Shown here piece after piece: positions 31,130 to 52,202 of a stretch of 64,000 bases of DNA. The stretch lies in NCBI RefSeq assembly GCF_009914755.1, contig NC_060929.1, one strand, 5' to 3'. Source of the stretch: the human T2T-CHM13v2.0 reference genome, Homo sapiens. Each line of letters opens with the position of its first letter. The first letter of the stretch is position 1. Made by a program: the position numbers and the translations under genes. The notes beneath the pieces were generated by a model, which was not told where the DNA came from, did no database searches, and saw only the letters and a list, made by a program, of their open reading frames with translations.

Positions 31130-31400
31130 GACATGATAAATGATTGAAAAACAAAATATCAGAGTATTCAAAACAACACAGAAAGTTAGATGACAATAGA
31201 GCAATGCCTTCTAAACTAAGGGGAAAAAAAGATCTGTCACCCAGAATTCAACATGAAATTATCAATAAAAAATAAAGATAAAATAAACATATTTCCAGAC
31301 ATGTAAAGTCAAAACATTACCTCTATGACTTCTTTCTTAGGAACCTACTAGAAGATATGGTGCACACAGTAAATAAATAAAGAATGGGGTTTCAAAAAAT
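31130..31400 (+). mobile_element. Ancient L1 ORF1 fragment
   Basis: gaaagttagatgacaatagagcaatgccttc...cccagaattc...ataaacatatttccagacatg resembles the L1M ORF1 3' half. Confidence 0.45.
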
Positions 31401-32232
31401 GGAAAAGAAAAAGTACGAGAAATAAGGGATCTAGTATAGAAGAAAGCTACACGGCATTCCTGGAATGATGGTTTAGTGCAGTGCCAGGATGTGAGGAAGT
31501 TGCAGGATAACAGGCAACAGACTGAGAGAACAACCCATCCAGACTGGAGCAAAAGAACCAAGGGATGTGGAAGGGATAGCTTTTCAAGAAAAAAAAAAAA
31601 TAGAATTGACAGTTTGCCTAATGCATTTGACATTATTTTTAAAAATGTAAGATTGATTTTATAGTGCTTCTGGAGAGTTCAGGCAGAACTAATTGATAGG
31701 CATACAAATAACTATGAAAACTACCAAACAGGAATTCTTACCAAAAAAATAAGAAAGGTTATATAAGCAAGGAAAAAATTGTCATATGCAACATGTTTCA
31801 ATGGCTATAATAATATAAACCCTGAATATTGACCCATCCAAAAACTGTGAAAAAAACTATATAGGAAAGAGGTGGAGGGGAAATTAGAACATATATATTT
31901 TTGGTAAAGGAGATACATGACAGAAATGTAGCCTTACATTCTCCAGTAATAAATAAATAGATAATATCTAAAACTAAAAAGAATCCAGAAATGGCAGCAT
32001 AAGTTTGTTTACTGAAGAATACCATAGGAAAAAAATAAAAGTTGAAAGCAATTGCTACTAGGGAACAGGATTCAGAAGTAGAAAAGGAAGATGAGAGAAA
32101 TGTCATTTCTTTAGAAACTTACAGCTATATTTGACTTTATGTATATGAATTACTTTGAAGAATAAAAATAATATTACACATAAGTAAACTCAAAGCAAAA
32201 ACAAAACAGAACAAAATTAAGAAACAAACACA

Positions 32233-32690
<458 letters not shown>

Positions 32691-34019
32691 TGTTTATTCT
32701 TTTTTCTTTTTCAAATTTTTAGTAAGGTTTAATTAATTTATTTATTATTTGTAAAAATTTATGGAATACATGTGAAATTTTGTTACATGTAGATAATACG
32801 TAGTGATCAAACCAGGGCATTTACGGTATCCAGCACCCATGTACAATACATTTTTGTTAAGTATAGTCACCCTGCTATGCTATCAAATATGTAACTTATT
32901 TCATCTTATTGTATGTTTGTACCTTTTAATCTACTTCTGTTCATCCTCTCTTCTTCCCCTCACTTACCCTTCTCACTCTCTGTTATCTATCTTTTCACTC
33001 TCCACTTCCATGTCAACAAATTTTTAGCTCCAACATATAAGTGAGAACATGTGATATTTGTCTTTTCATGCCGGGCTTATTTTACTTAAGATAATGACCA
33101 CCAGTTCTATTCATGTTGCAGCAAATTACATTATTTCATTCTGTTTTATGGACAAATTGTATTCCATTGTGTATATATGCCAGATGTCTATTATTTATTC
33201 ACTTATTGATGGACATTTAGGTTGATTCCATATTTTTGCTACTGTGAATAGTGCTGCAATAAACATACTGGTGCAGATATCCCTTTGATATATCGATGTA
33301 ATTTCCTTTGGTTAGAGGCCCAGTAGTGTGATTATTGGATCAAGTGGTAATTCTGTTTTTAGTTTGTTGAGTAATCTCTCTACTGTTTTTCATAGTTGCT
33401 GTGCATCTTCTCTTGAGAAATGTTTACTCACATCCTTTGCCCACTTTTAAAGAGGATTATTTGTTTTATTTCCTGTTGAATTGTTTAAATTCCTTGTATA
33501 TTTTGGATATCAGTCTCCTGACAGATTCGTAGTTTCCAAATATTTTCTCCCACTCTGCATGTTGTCTGTTCACTCTGTTAATTATTTCTTTTGCTGTACA
33601 AAAGCTTTTTAGTTTAATTAAGTCCCATTTGTCTACTTTTGTTTTTGGTGACTATGCTTTTAAGGCCTTAGTCATATATTTTTTACTCCAGGAGAGTTTT
33701 CCCTAGGTTTTCTTCTAGTATGTTTAGCGTTCCAGGTCTTACATTCAAGACTTTAATCCACATAGAGTTGATTTTTGTATATGATGAGAGACAGGGGTTC
33801 AGTTTTATTTTTCTGCATGTGGCTATCCAATTTCCCCAGAACCGTTTGTTGAAGAGGGTGTCCTTTCTCGAATGTAAGTTTTTGTCAACTTTGTCAAAGA
33901 TCAGTTGGATGTAAGTATGTGGCTTTATCTCTGGCTTCCTTATTCTGTTCATTAGTCTATGTGTCTATGTTTATACCAATACCATGCTGATTTGGTAAAT
34001 GTAGACTTGCAATATTTTG

Positions 34020-38716
<4,697 letters not shown>

Positions 38717-39434
38717 AAACAATATATTTTGAAGTCAGGCAATGAGATGCCTCCAGCTTTGTTCTTTTAGCACATAATTACTTTGGCTATTCAGGCTTTC
38801 TTTTGGTTTCATATGAATTTTAATGCTTTTCCCTAATTCTATAAAAAATGACATTGGGGGCTTGAAAAGGATAGTGTTGAATTTGTAGATTGCTTTGGGC
38901 AGTACGGCCACTTAAACAATTTTGATTCTTCCAATCCATAAGCATGGAATGTTTTTCTATTTGTTTATGTTAGCTATGGCTTCTTTCAGCAGTGTTTGGC
39001 AGTTTTATTTGTAGAGTTTTTTACCTCCTTTGTTACCTGTATTCCTAGGTATTTTATTTTCTTCTGTAGTTGTAAACAAGATTGTGTTCTTGATTTGGCT
39101 CTCACCTTGAAAGCTATTAATGTATGGAAATGCTACTGATTTTTGTACATTGATTTTGGATCCTGAAATTTTACTGAGGTCTTTTATCAGTTCCGTGAGC
39201 CTTTAGGCAGAGTCTTTGGGGTTTTCTAAGTATAGAATAATATCTTCAGTGAAGGGAGACAGTTTGGTTTCTTCTTTTTCTATTTGGATGCTTTTAATCT
39301 CTTTCTCTTACCTGATAGCTCTGGCGAGGACTTCCAGCACTATGCTGAATAGAAGTGGTGAGAGTTGGCACTTTGTCTTACTGCAGTTCTCAAGGGCAAT
39401 ACTTCTAGCTTTTACCCATTCCATATGATGTTGA

Positions 39435-39771
<337 letters not shown>

Positions 39772-40065
39772 TGTTTCTTTATTGACTAGTTTAATGAGGG
39801 TTTTTAACATGAAAGAATGTTGTATTGGAGGCTTTTTCTGTATCTATCGAGATGATCATATGCTTTTTGTTTATGATTATGTTTATGTGGTGAATCATAT
39901 TTATTGATTTGCATACATTGAATCAGCCTTGCATCCCAGGAATGAAGCTTAATTGATCACAGTGAATTTGATTTTTGACATATTGCTGGATTCCGCTTGC
40001 TAGTATTTTGTTGAAGATTTTTGCATCTATATTCATTGGGGATATTGGCCTGCAGTTTTCTTCCT

Positions 40066-40313
40066 CTTTTTCTGAGACAGGGTCTCATTCTATCACCCAG
40101 TCTGAAGTACAGTGGTGCAATCATAGCTCACTGAAGTCCCTACCTCTCAGGCTCAAGTGATCCTCTCACCTCAGCCTCCCAAGTAGCTGCAACCACAAGC
40201 ATGTGCCACCATGCATGGTTAATTTTTTAATTACGTGTAGAGACAGAGTCTCCCTGTGTTGCTCAGGCTGGTCTCAAACTCCTGGGCTTCAGCAATCCTC
40301 CCACCTTAGCCTC
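40066..40313 (-). mobile_element. AluJ, 5'-truncated, inserted in L1
   Basis: gagacagggtctcattctatcacccag...cctcccaccttagcctc. Confidence 0.85.
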
Positions 40314-41155
40314 TATTTTTTTTTTTATTCATTGTGTTTTTGCCAGGTTTTGGTATCAGGGTGATGCTGGCTCCATAGAATGATTTAGGGAGGAATCCTT
40401 CCTCCTCGAATTTTTTGGAATAGTTTCAGTAGAATTGGTACCAACTTTTCTTTGTATGTCTGGTAGAATTCGACTGTGAATCCAACTGGTGTGGGCCTGT
40501 TTTGGTTGGTAGGTTTTTTCATGCTGATTCAACTTTGCAACTTGATATTGGTCTTTTCAGAGTTTCAGCTTCTTCCGGATTCAATCTTGGAAGGTTGTGT
40601 ATTTCCAGAAATTCACGCATTTCCTCTGGAAATTCTAGTTTGTGTGTACAGAAGTGGTAATAATAGTCGCTGAAGATCTTTGTATTTCTGCAAAATCAGT
40701 TGTAATATCACGTTTGTTATTTCTGGTTGTGCTTATTTGGATCTTCTCTCTTTTTGTTCTTTGTTAATCTAGCTATCAGTGTACCCATCTTGTTTATTTT
40801 TTCAAATAACCTATTTTTTTCTTTCATTGGTTCTTTGTATGGATTTTGGGGGTCCGAATTTCATTCAGTTCTGCTTTGATTTTATTTATTTCTGTTCTCC
40901 TAGTAGCATTATGGTTACTTTGTTCTTTTTTTTTCTTTTTTTTTTTTATTATTATACTCTAAGTTTTAGGGTACATGTGCACAATGTGCAGGTTTGTTAC
41001 ATATGTATACACGTGCCATATTGATGTGCTGCACCCATTAACTCATCCTTTAGCATTAGGTATATCTCCTAATGCTATCCCTCCCCGCTCCCCTTACCCC
41101 ACTACCATCCCCAGAGTGTGATGTTCCCCTTCCTATGTCCATGTGCTCTCATTGT

Positions 41156-44990
<3,835 letters not shown>

Positions 44991-45038
44991 TTATTTTGCT
45001 CATTAGTTAATGCAGTTTCTTCCTAGCCTTGATGGTCT

Positions 45039-46053
45039 TTACATTTTGGCATGTTTTTGCAGTGGCTGGTACCGGTTGTTCCTTTCCATGTTTAGTGCTT
45101 CCTTCAGGAGCTCTTTTAGGGCAGGCCTGGTGGTGACAAAATCTCTCAGCATTTGCTTGTCTGTAAAGGATTTTATTTCTCCTTCACTTATGAAGCTTAG
45201 TTTGGCTGGATATGAAATTGTGGGTTGAAAATTCTTTTCTTTAAGAATGTTGAATATTGGCCTCCACTCTCTTCTGGCTTGTAGAGTTTCTGCTGAGAGA
45301 TCTGCTGTTAGTCTGATGGGCTTCCCTTTGTGGGTAACCCGATCTTTCTTTGTGGCTGCCCTTAACATTTTTTCCTTCATTTCTACTTTGGTGAATCTGA
45401 CAATTATGCGTCATGGAGTTGCTCTTCTCAAGGAGTATCTTTGTGGTGTTCTCTGTATTTTCTGAATCTGAATGTTGGCCTGCCTTGCTAGATTGGGGAA
45501 GTTCTCCTGGATAATATCCTGCAGAGTGTTTTCCAACTTGGTTCCATTATCTCTGTCACTTTCAGGTACACCAATCAGACGTAGATTTGGTCTTTTCACA
45601 TAGTCCCATATTTCTTGGAGGCTTTGTTTGTTTCTTTTTATTCTTTTTTCTCTAAACTTCCCTTCTCTCTTCATTTCATTCATTTCGTCTTCCATCACTG
45701 ATACCCTTTCTTCCAGTTGATCGCATCAGCTCCTGAGGCTTCTGCATTCTTCACATAGTTCTCGAGCCTTGGCTTTCAGCTCTGTCAGCTCCTTTAAGCA
45801 CTTCTCTGCGTTGGTTATTCTAGTTATCCATTAGTCTAATTTTTTTTCAAAGTTTTTAACTGCTTTGCCATTGGTTTGAATTTCCTCCTGTAGCTCGGAG
45901 TAGTTTGATCATCTGAAGACTTCTTCTCTCAGCTTGTCAAAGTCATTTTTGGTCCAGCTTTGTTCCATTGCTGGTGAGGAGCTGCATTCCTTTGGAGGAG
46001 GAGAGGCACTCTGCTTTTTAGAATTTCCAGTTTTTCTGCTGTTTTTTCCCCAT
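45039..46053 (-). pseudogene. L1 ORF1 (RNA-binding protein), disrupted
   Basis: ATG at 46053; pieces 45411-45698 (SLQEIWDYVKRPNLRLIGVPE) and 45039-45380 (YPAKLSF...RPALKELLKEAL). Confidence 0.93.
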
Positions 46054-46629
46054 CTTTGTGGTTTTATCTACTTTTGGTCTTTGATGATGGTGACGTACAG
46101 AAGGGTTTTTGGTGTGGATGTCCTTTCTGTTTGTTAGTTTTCCTTCTAACAGACAGGACCCTCAGCTGCAGGTCTGTTGGAGTTTGCTAGAGGTCCACTC
46201 CAGACCCTGTTTGCCTGGGTATCAGCAGCGGTGGCTGTAGAACAGTGGATCTTGGTGAACTGCAAATGCTGCTGTCTGATCGTTACTCTGGAAGTTTTGT
46301 CTCAGAGGAGTACCCGGCCATGTGAGGTGTCAGTCTGCCCCTACTTGGGGGTGCCTTCCAGTTAGGCTGCTCGGGGGTCAAGGACCCACTTGAGGAGGCA
46401 GTCTGCCCGTTCTCAGATCTCCAGCTGTGTGCTGGGAGAATCACTACTCTCTTTAAAGCTGTCAGACAGGGACATTTAAGTCTGCAGAGGTTAATGCTGT
46501 CTTTTTGTTTGTCTGTGCCCTTCCCCCAGAGGTGGAGCCTACAGAGGCAGGCAGGCCTCCTTGAGCTGTGGTGGGCTCCACCCAGTTCGAGCTTGCTGGC
46601 TGCTTTGTTTGCCTAATCAAGCCTGGGCA

Positions 46630-47130
46630 ATGGCAGGTGCCCCTCCCCCAGCCTGGCTGCCACCTTTCAGTTTGATCTCAGACTGCTGTGCTAGCAATCG
46701 GCGAGACTCTGTGGGCGTAGGACCCTCCAAGCCAGGTGCGGGATATAATCTCCTGGTGTGCCGTTTTTTAAGCCCGTTGGAAAAGCGCAGTATTAGGGTG
46801 GGAGTAACCCGATTTTCCAGGTGCCGTCTGTCACCCCTTTCTTTGAATAGGAAAGGGAACTCCCTGACCCCTTGTACTTCCCAAGTGAGGCAATGCCTCG
46901 CCCTGCTTTGGTGCGTGCACCGTGCGCTGCACCCACTGTCCTGCACCCACTGTCTGGCACTCCCTAGTGAGATGAACCCGGTACCTCAGATGGAAATGCA
47001 GAAATCACCCATCTTCTGCGTCGCTCAGGCTGGGAGCTGTAGACCGGAGCTGTTCCTATTCGGCCGTCTTGGCTCCACCCCACTTTGTTCTTGTTTTCTA
47101 GTTCCTGTAGGTTTGATGATAAATCATTGA
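46630..47130 (+). CDS. L1 antisense ORF0 homolog, extended to 166 aa
   Basis: [43 protein letters not shown] matches the ORF0 N-terminus; frame stays open past the L1 5' end; expression unknown. Confidence 0.6.
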   Translation: MAGAPPPAWLPPFSLISDCCASNRRDSVGVGPSKPGAGYNLLVCRFLSPLEKRSIRVGVTRFSRCRLSPLSLNRKGNSLTPCTSQVRQCLALLWCVHRALHPLSCTHCLALPSEMNPVPQMEMQKSPIFCVAQAGSCRPELFLFGRLGSTPLCSCFLVPVGLMINH

Positions 47131-47353
47131 CTTGAGACCTTTCTAACTTTTCGAGGTAGGTATTTAGCACTATAAACTTTCCTCTTAACACTGTTTGTGC
47201 TGCATCCCAGAGATTTTGTTATAATGTGTCTGTTTTCATTTATTTGATTTTTGCCCTAACTTCATTGTCTAACCAAAAGTCATTCAGTAGCAGTTGTTTA
47301 ATGTCTATATAATTGTGTGGTTTTGGGAGATCTTCTTGGTAATTATTTCTTTT

Positions 47354-47655
47354 CTTTTCTTTTTTTTTCTTGAGATGGAATTTCACTCTTGTTGTCCAGG
47401 CTGGAGTGCAATGGCATGATCTCAGCTCACCACAACCTCTGCCTCCTGTGTTCAAGTGATTCTCCTGCCTCAGCCTCCTGAGTAGCTGGAATCACAGGCA
47501 TGCGCCACCACGCCCAGCTAAGTTTTTTGTATTTTTAGTAGAGATGGGGTTTCTCCACGTTGGTCAGGCTGGTCTCGAACTCTCACCTCAGGTGATCCGC
47601 CCTCTTCGGCCTCCCAAAGTGCTGGGATTATAGGCGTGAGCCACTGTGTCCAGCC
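47354..47655 (-). mobile_element. AluSp/Sq inserted in L1
   Basis: Full dimer; TSD remnant ggtaattatttct/gataatgacttct. Confidence 0.93.
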
Positions 47656-49975
47656 GATAATGACTTCTATTTTTATTCCACAGTGGTCTGAGAGTTGTGT
47701 TGGTATGATTTTGATTTTTTAAAATTTATTGAGATATGTTTTGTGGTCAAGTATGTGGTTGATCTTGGCATATGTTCTGTGTGCAGATGAGAAGAATGCA
47801 TATTCTGTGGTTGATGAGTGGAGTATTCTGTAGATGTCTATTAGGTCCAGTCAGCCAAGTGTCAAATTCAAGTCCAGAATTTCTTTGTTAGTTTTCTGCC
47901 TTGATGACTTGTCTAACATTGTCAGTGGGGTGTTGAAGGTACGTCACGATTATTGTGTGACTAGGTCTTTTTGTAGACCGAGAAGTAGATGTCTTATGAA
48001 TCTGGGTGCTCCAATGTTGGGTGCATATATGTTCAGGATAATTAAGTCTTATTGAAGTGAACACTATCATTGTTTAATGCCCATTTTTGTCCTTTTTATC
48101 ATTTTCATTTTAAAGTATGTTTTATCTAATATAAGAATAGTGATGTCTGCTCTTTTTTGTTTTCCATTTGCATGACAGGTCTTTCCCCAACCTTTATTTT
48201 GAGACTATGGGTGTTTTTATCTGTGAGATGTGTCTGTTAAAGATAGCAGATGGATAGGTCTTTTTAAAAATTTTATCTAACTTGCAATTCTGTACCTCTT
48301 AAGTAGGGCATTTAGACCACTTACATCCAAGATTGATGGTGATACATGAGGTGTTGATGCTTTTATAAAGTTGTTAGCTGGTTGTTTTGTATCTTCTATT
48401 GTGTCATTGCTTTATAGGGTCTGTGGGCTATGTACTTAGGTGTGTTTCTGTGGTAGCAGATATCATTCTTTTGTTTCCATGTTTAGAACTCCCATAAGGA
48501 TCTCCTGTAAGGCTGGTCTGGTGCTAATGAATTCACTTAGTGCTTGCTTGTCTGAAAAAGATTTTATTTCTCCTTCACTTCTGAAGCTTAGTTTGATGGG
48601 ATATGAAATTCTTAGTTGCAATTTTTTTTTTCTTTAAGACTGCTGAAAATAGGCCCTCAGTCTCTCCTGGTTTGTAAGGTTTCTGCTGAGAAATCTGCTG
48701 TTAGACTGATAGGGTTCCCTTTGTTTGTGATCTGGCCTTTTTCTCTAGCTACCTTTAAGATTTTTTTCTTTCTCATTGACCTTGACAGTCTGGTGATATA
48801 CATTTTATGTAGTATCATGCAGGTGTTCTCTGGATTTCCTGTATCTGCATGTCTACCTCTTAGCAAGATTAGGGAAATTTTCTGGAATTATCCACTCAAA
48901 TATGTTTTCCAGGTTATTTTCTTTTTATTCTTCTCCCTCAGGAATGCCAAAAATTTGTAGGTTTGGTTGCTTTACATATCCCATATTTTTCAAGGATTTT
49001 GCTCAGTTTTCTTAACTCTTTCTTCTTTATTTTTGTCTGCTTGAGTTAGTCTGAAGGACCAGTCTTCAAGCTCTGGAATTCTTTCTTCTACTTGTTCCAG
49101 TCTATTGATAAAGCTTTCAATTATATTTTGAAATTCCTTAAGTGAGCTTTTTCAAATCCAGGAGTCTGATTGATTTGTTTTTAAGATGTTTATTTCTTCT
49201 TTCTTTTCCTGGGTTGATTTAGAAGTTTCTTTGTGTTGACTTTCAACCTTATCTTGGATCCCAATGAGCTTTTTTTAAATCCATGCTTTGAATTCCTTCT
49301 TTGTAATTTCTGAATTTCCATTTTGGTTAGGAACCATTGCTGGAGAGCTACTGTGATCCTTTGGTGGTGTCACTGCATTCAGATTTTTCACAGTTTCAGA
49401 ATTCTTGTGCTGGTTCCGTCTCATCTGGAGATGCTAGAAGTTCTAATATTTGTAATTATTTTCATGTGGGTAGGAGTTTTTCTTTCCCTTTTATTCCCTA
49501 TAATATTATTGTTTTCTTTTTTCTTTTCCTTTCCCTTCCCCCTGCCTCTATAGTGTGTGACTGTGAAGAAGTTGGGAAGACTATTCTGGTCTTTTTTTTT
49601 TCTATAGCTCTAAGAAATTGTTTCATCAGGCTTTATATTATGCTGTACTGTTTGACCTACAAGCCAGTAAATGGCTCTTATGGGTAAAAAGCCAGCTGCA
49701 GCCAATGTGACTGGGTATATACTTTATCCTTGTTTCTAGGAAAACTCTCTGTTGCTTCAAGCAATGGGCTGATCTGTGGAGTACACAGTGTTCTGAGCTC
49801 CCTGCTCAGCACTGGGGAGGTATGGGATGAGATGGGTGGGGCCAGACTATGCATGCCCACCTATAGTTTCCCCAATAACTGGCACAAGTACCAGCACTGA
49901 ACGAGAATCAAGTGGGTGGCCACCAAGTGCCCCAAGGAGTGTCTAGGTATGGAGCTGGGAAACATACTCTAAACT

Positions 49976-50400
49976 CCTAATCCAGGAGAGTGGGTACTTG
50001 AGATGCCTAGAGATCTACCTGGGCATGGAGTGTATACAGCTCTGCTGAACCACAATCTCTGCACAGGGAGAGTAGGGTGGCTCAGACTGCTAATTTAGGT
50101 GAGTGAGTGTTCCGAATGCCTGGTGATCTGCCTGGCTGAGGAGTGCATAGGGCCCAAGTGCACCACAATCTATGCACAGAGAGGGTCGAGTGGCTTGGCC
50201 TTCTAATCCAGGGAAATGGGTGATCTGAATGCCTGGAGGTCTGCCTGGATGTGGAGAAGAGATGGCCCACTGCATTATGATCTATGCACGGGAAGGGTGG
50301 GGTGGCTCAGAGTGTTAGTTCATGTGAGCAGGTGCTTCAAATGCCTGGAGATCTTTCTAGGGGTGGAGCAGAGAAGGCCCCACTGCACCACGATCTCAAG
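49976..50400 (-). repeat. ~113-bp degenerate tandem array (about 4 units) in the old L1 5'UTR
   Basis: ATGCCT(A/G)G(A/T)G(A/G)TCT anchor recurs at 50003, 50116, 50229 and 50341. Confidence 0.85.
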
Positions 50401-51378
50401 GTAGCAGGCTGGGGCACCCAACAATAACACATGCAGACTGGTTCACCAAGCTGACCCTGGCTTCAAGTCTCATTACTCAGGAGAAACTGTAGCTGTAGAA
50501 GCTGTCCTCTTGCCCCAGGCTTGCAATGGCAGAGAGCACAATTCTAATGCCTACTGCTGAGGCATTTTCCAGAATTCTGGCTGTGAAAGCCACTACCCTG
50601 CTCCAGACCAAGCACTCTAGTCTTTGGCCAGAGACTAAAATGCCTGTGTGGACCCACTGCCAAGTTGCCAAGGAATGACTGATTTTGTAATCATCCAGAT
50701 GAAAAATCTCATCCTGTTTTTGGTCCCAGATTTGGGAAAATGCCTGCAGCATTTCCCAGTGTATTTCCCTCTCAGTGCCTCCAAATCTCTCCTTAACTTG
50801 GCTCCAAAGCTCAGGAGAAACAAAATGATTTCCTTCTGGCCTGGATTGCTCAGATTTCCCTTGGAAAGATGAGTCACAGGAGGAGGCTCTCTGCACCCTC
50901 TCATGTACTGTGGCTTCGCTCTTACCAACCAGATGCCTTCATGGGGGCTGTTTGCTCATGTTCTTCTCCCCAGGATCTGGGGTGTCCTTCATGAGTCTGG
51001 TTGATTCCCATTTACCTTCTGAATTTAAGTTCATAGAGTTAATCTTTACTCATTGCCTTGCAATTTCCTAGTGGCTGAGGCATGCTGAAAGCCTCTAATC
51101 CACAATCTTTGAAAAAATTGTTTTTGAATCTTATATTGAATTTTATTTCTGCACTGAGCTTTATTATTTCCTTCCTTCTAGAAATTTGGGTTTAGTTTGT
51201 TCTTGTTTCTCTAGTTCCTTGTGGTAAATCATTAGATCATTTTAAATATTTCTCACTTTTTTGATGTAGGTATTTATTGTTAAAAACATTCCTCTTAGAG
51301 CTGTTTTTCTTGTGTTGTATACGTTTTGTCATAATATTTTCATTTTTGTTATTTTCACAAAATTTTAAAGTATTTTTC

Positions 51379-51764
51379 TATATTAGTCCATTCTCACATT
51401 GCTATAAAGAACTACCTGAGACTAGATAATTTATAAAGAAAAGAGTTTTAATTAACTCACAGTTTCACAGGTTGTACAGGAAGCATGATTGGGAAGGCCT
51501 CAGGAAATTACAATCATGGCAGAAGGTGAAGAGGAAGGAGTCATGTCTTACATGGTTAGAGAAGAAGAAAGAGAGAGCAAAGAAGGAAGTGCTACACACG
51601 TTTAAACAACCAGATCTCATGATAACTCACTATCACAAGAACAGCAAGGTGGAAGTCTGCCTCCACGGTTTAATCACCTCTCACCAGGCCCCTCCTCCAA
51701 CACTAGGGATTGGATTACAATATGACATGAGATTTGGGTGGGAACAAAGAGCCAAACCTTATCA
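51379..51764 (-). mobile_element. MST-type MaLR solo LTR
   Basis: tattagtccattctcacattgctataaagaactacctgagact...gagccaaaccttatca. Confidence 0.88.
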
Positions 51765-52202
51765 TTCTCTTAATTTCTTTATTGACTCATTAGTTATTTA
51801 GGAGCATGCCATATAATTTTCATGTATTTGGAATATTTTCAAAGTTTTTCTTATTGTTGATTTCAAGTTTTATAGAATTGTCAAAAAATATTTGATATGA
51901 TTTCTATCTTCCTATATTTGTTAAGACTTGTTTTGTGGCCTAATATATAATATATCCAAGAGAATATTCCATTTGCCATTGAGGGCAATGTGCTTTCTGC
52001 AGCTGTTGGATGGAATGTTCTGTAAATGTCTGTACATTCCATTTGGTCAATCATGTAGTTTAAGCCCAATGTTTCTTTGTTGAATTCTGTCTAGATGATC
52101 TATCCATTGTTGAAAGTGGGGTGGTGATGTACCTACTTTCATTTTATTGCCATCTATGTCTCCCTTTAGATATAATAATATTTGCTTTATATATCTGGGT
52201 GC

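Noticed and set aside
46560-47081. CpG-rich stretch as a cellular gene promoter
   Set aside because: It is the L1 5'UTR internal promoter, already partly CpG-decayed
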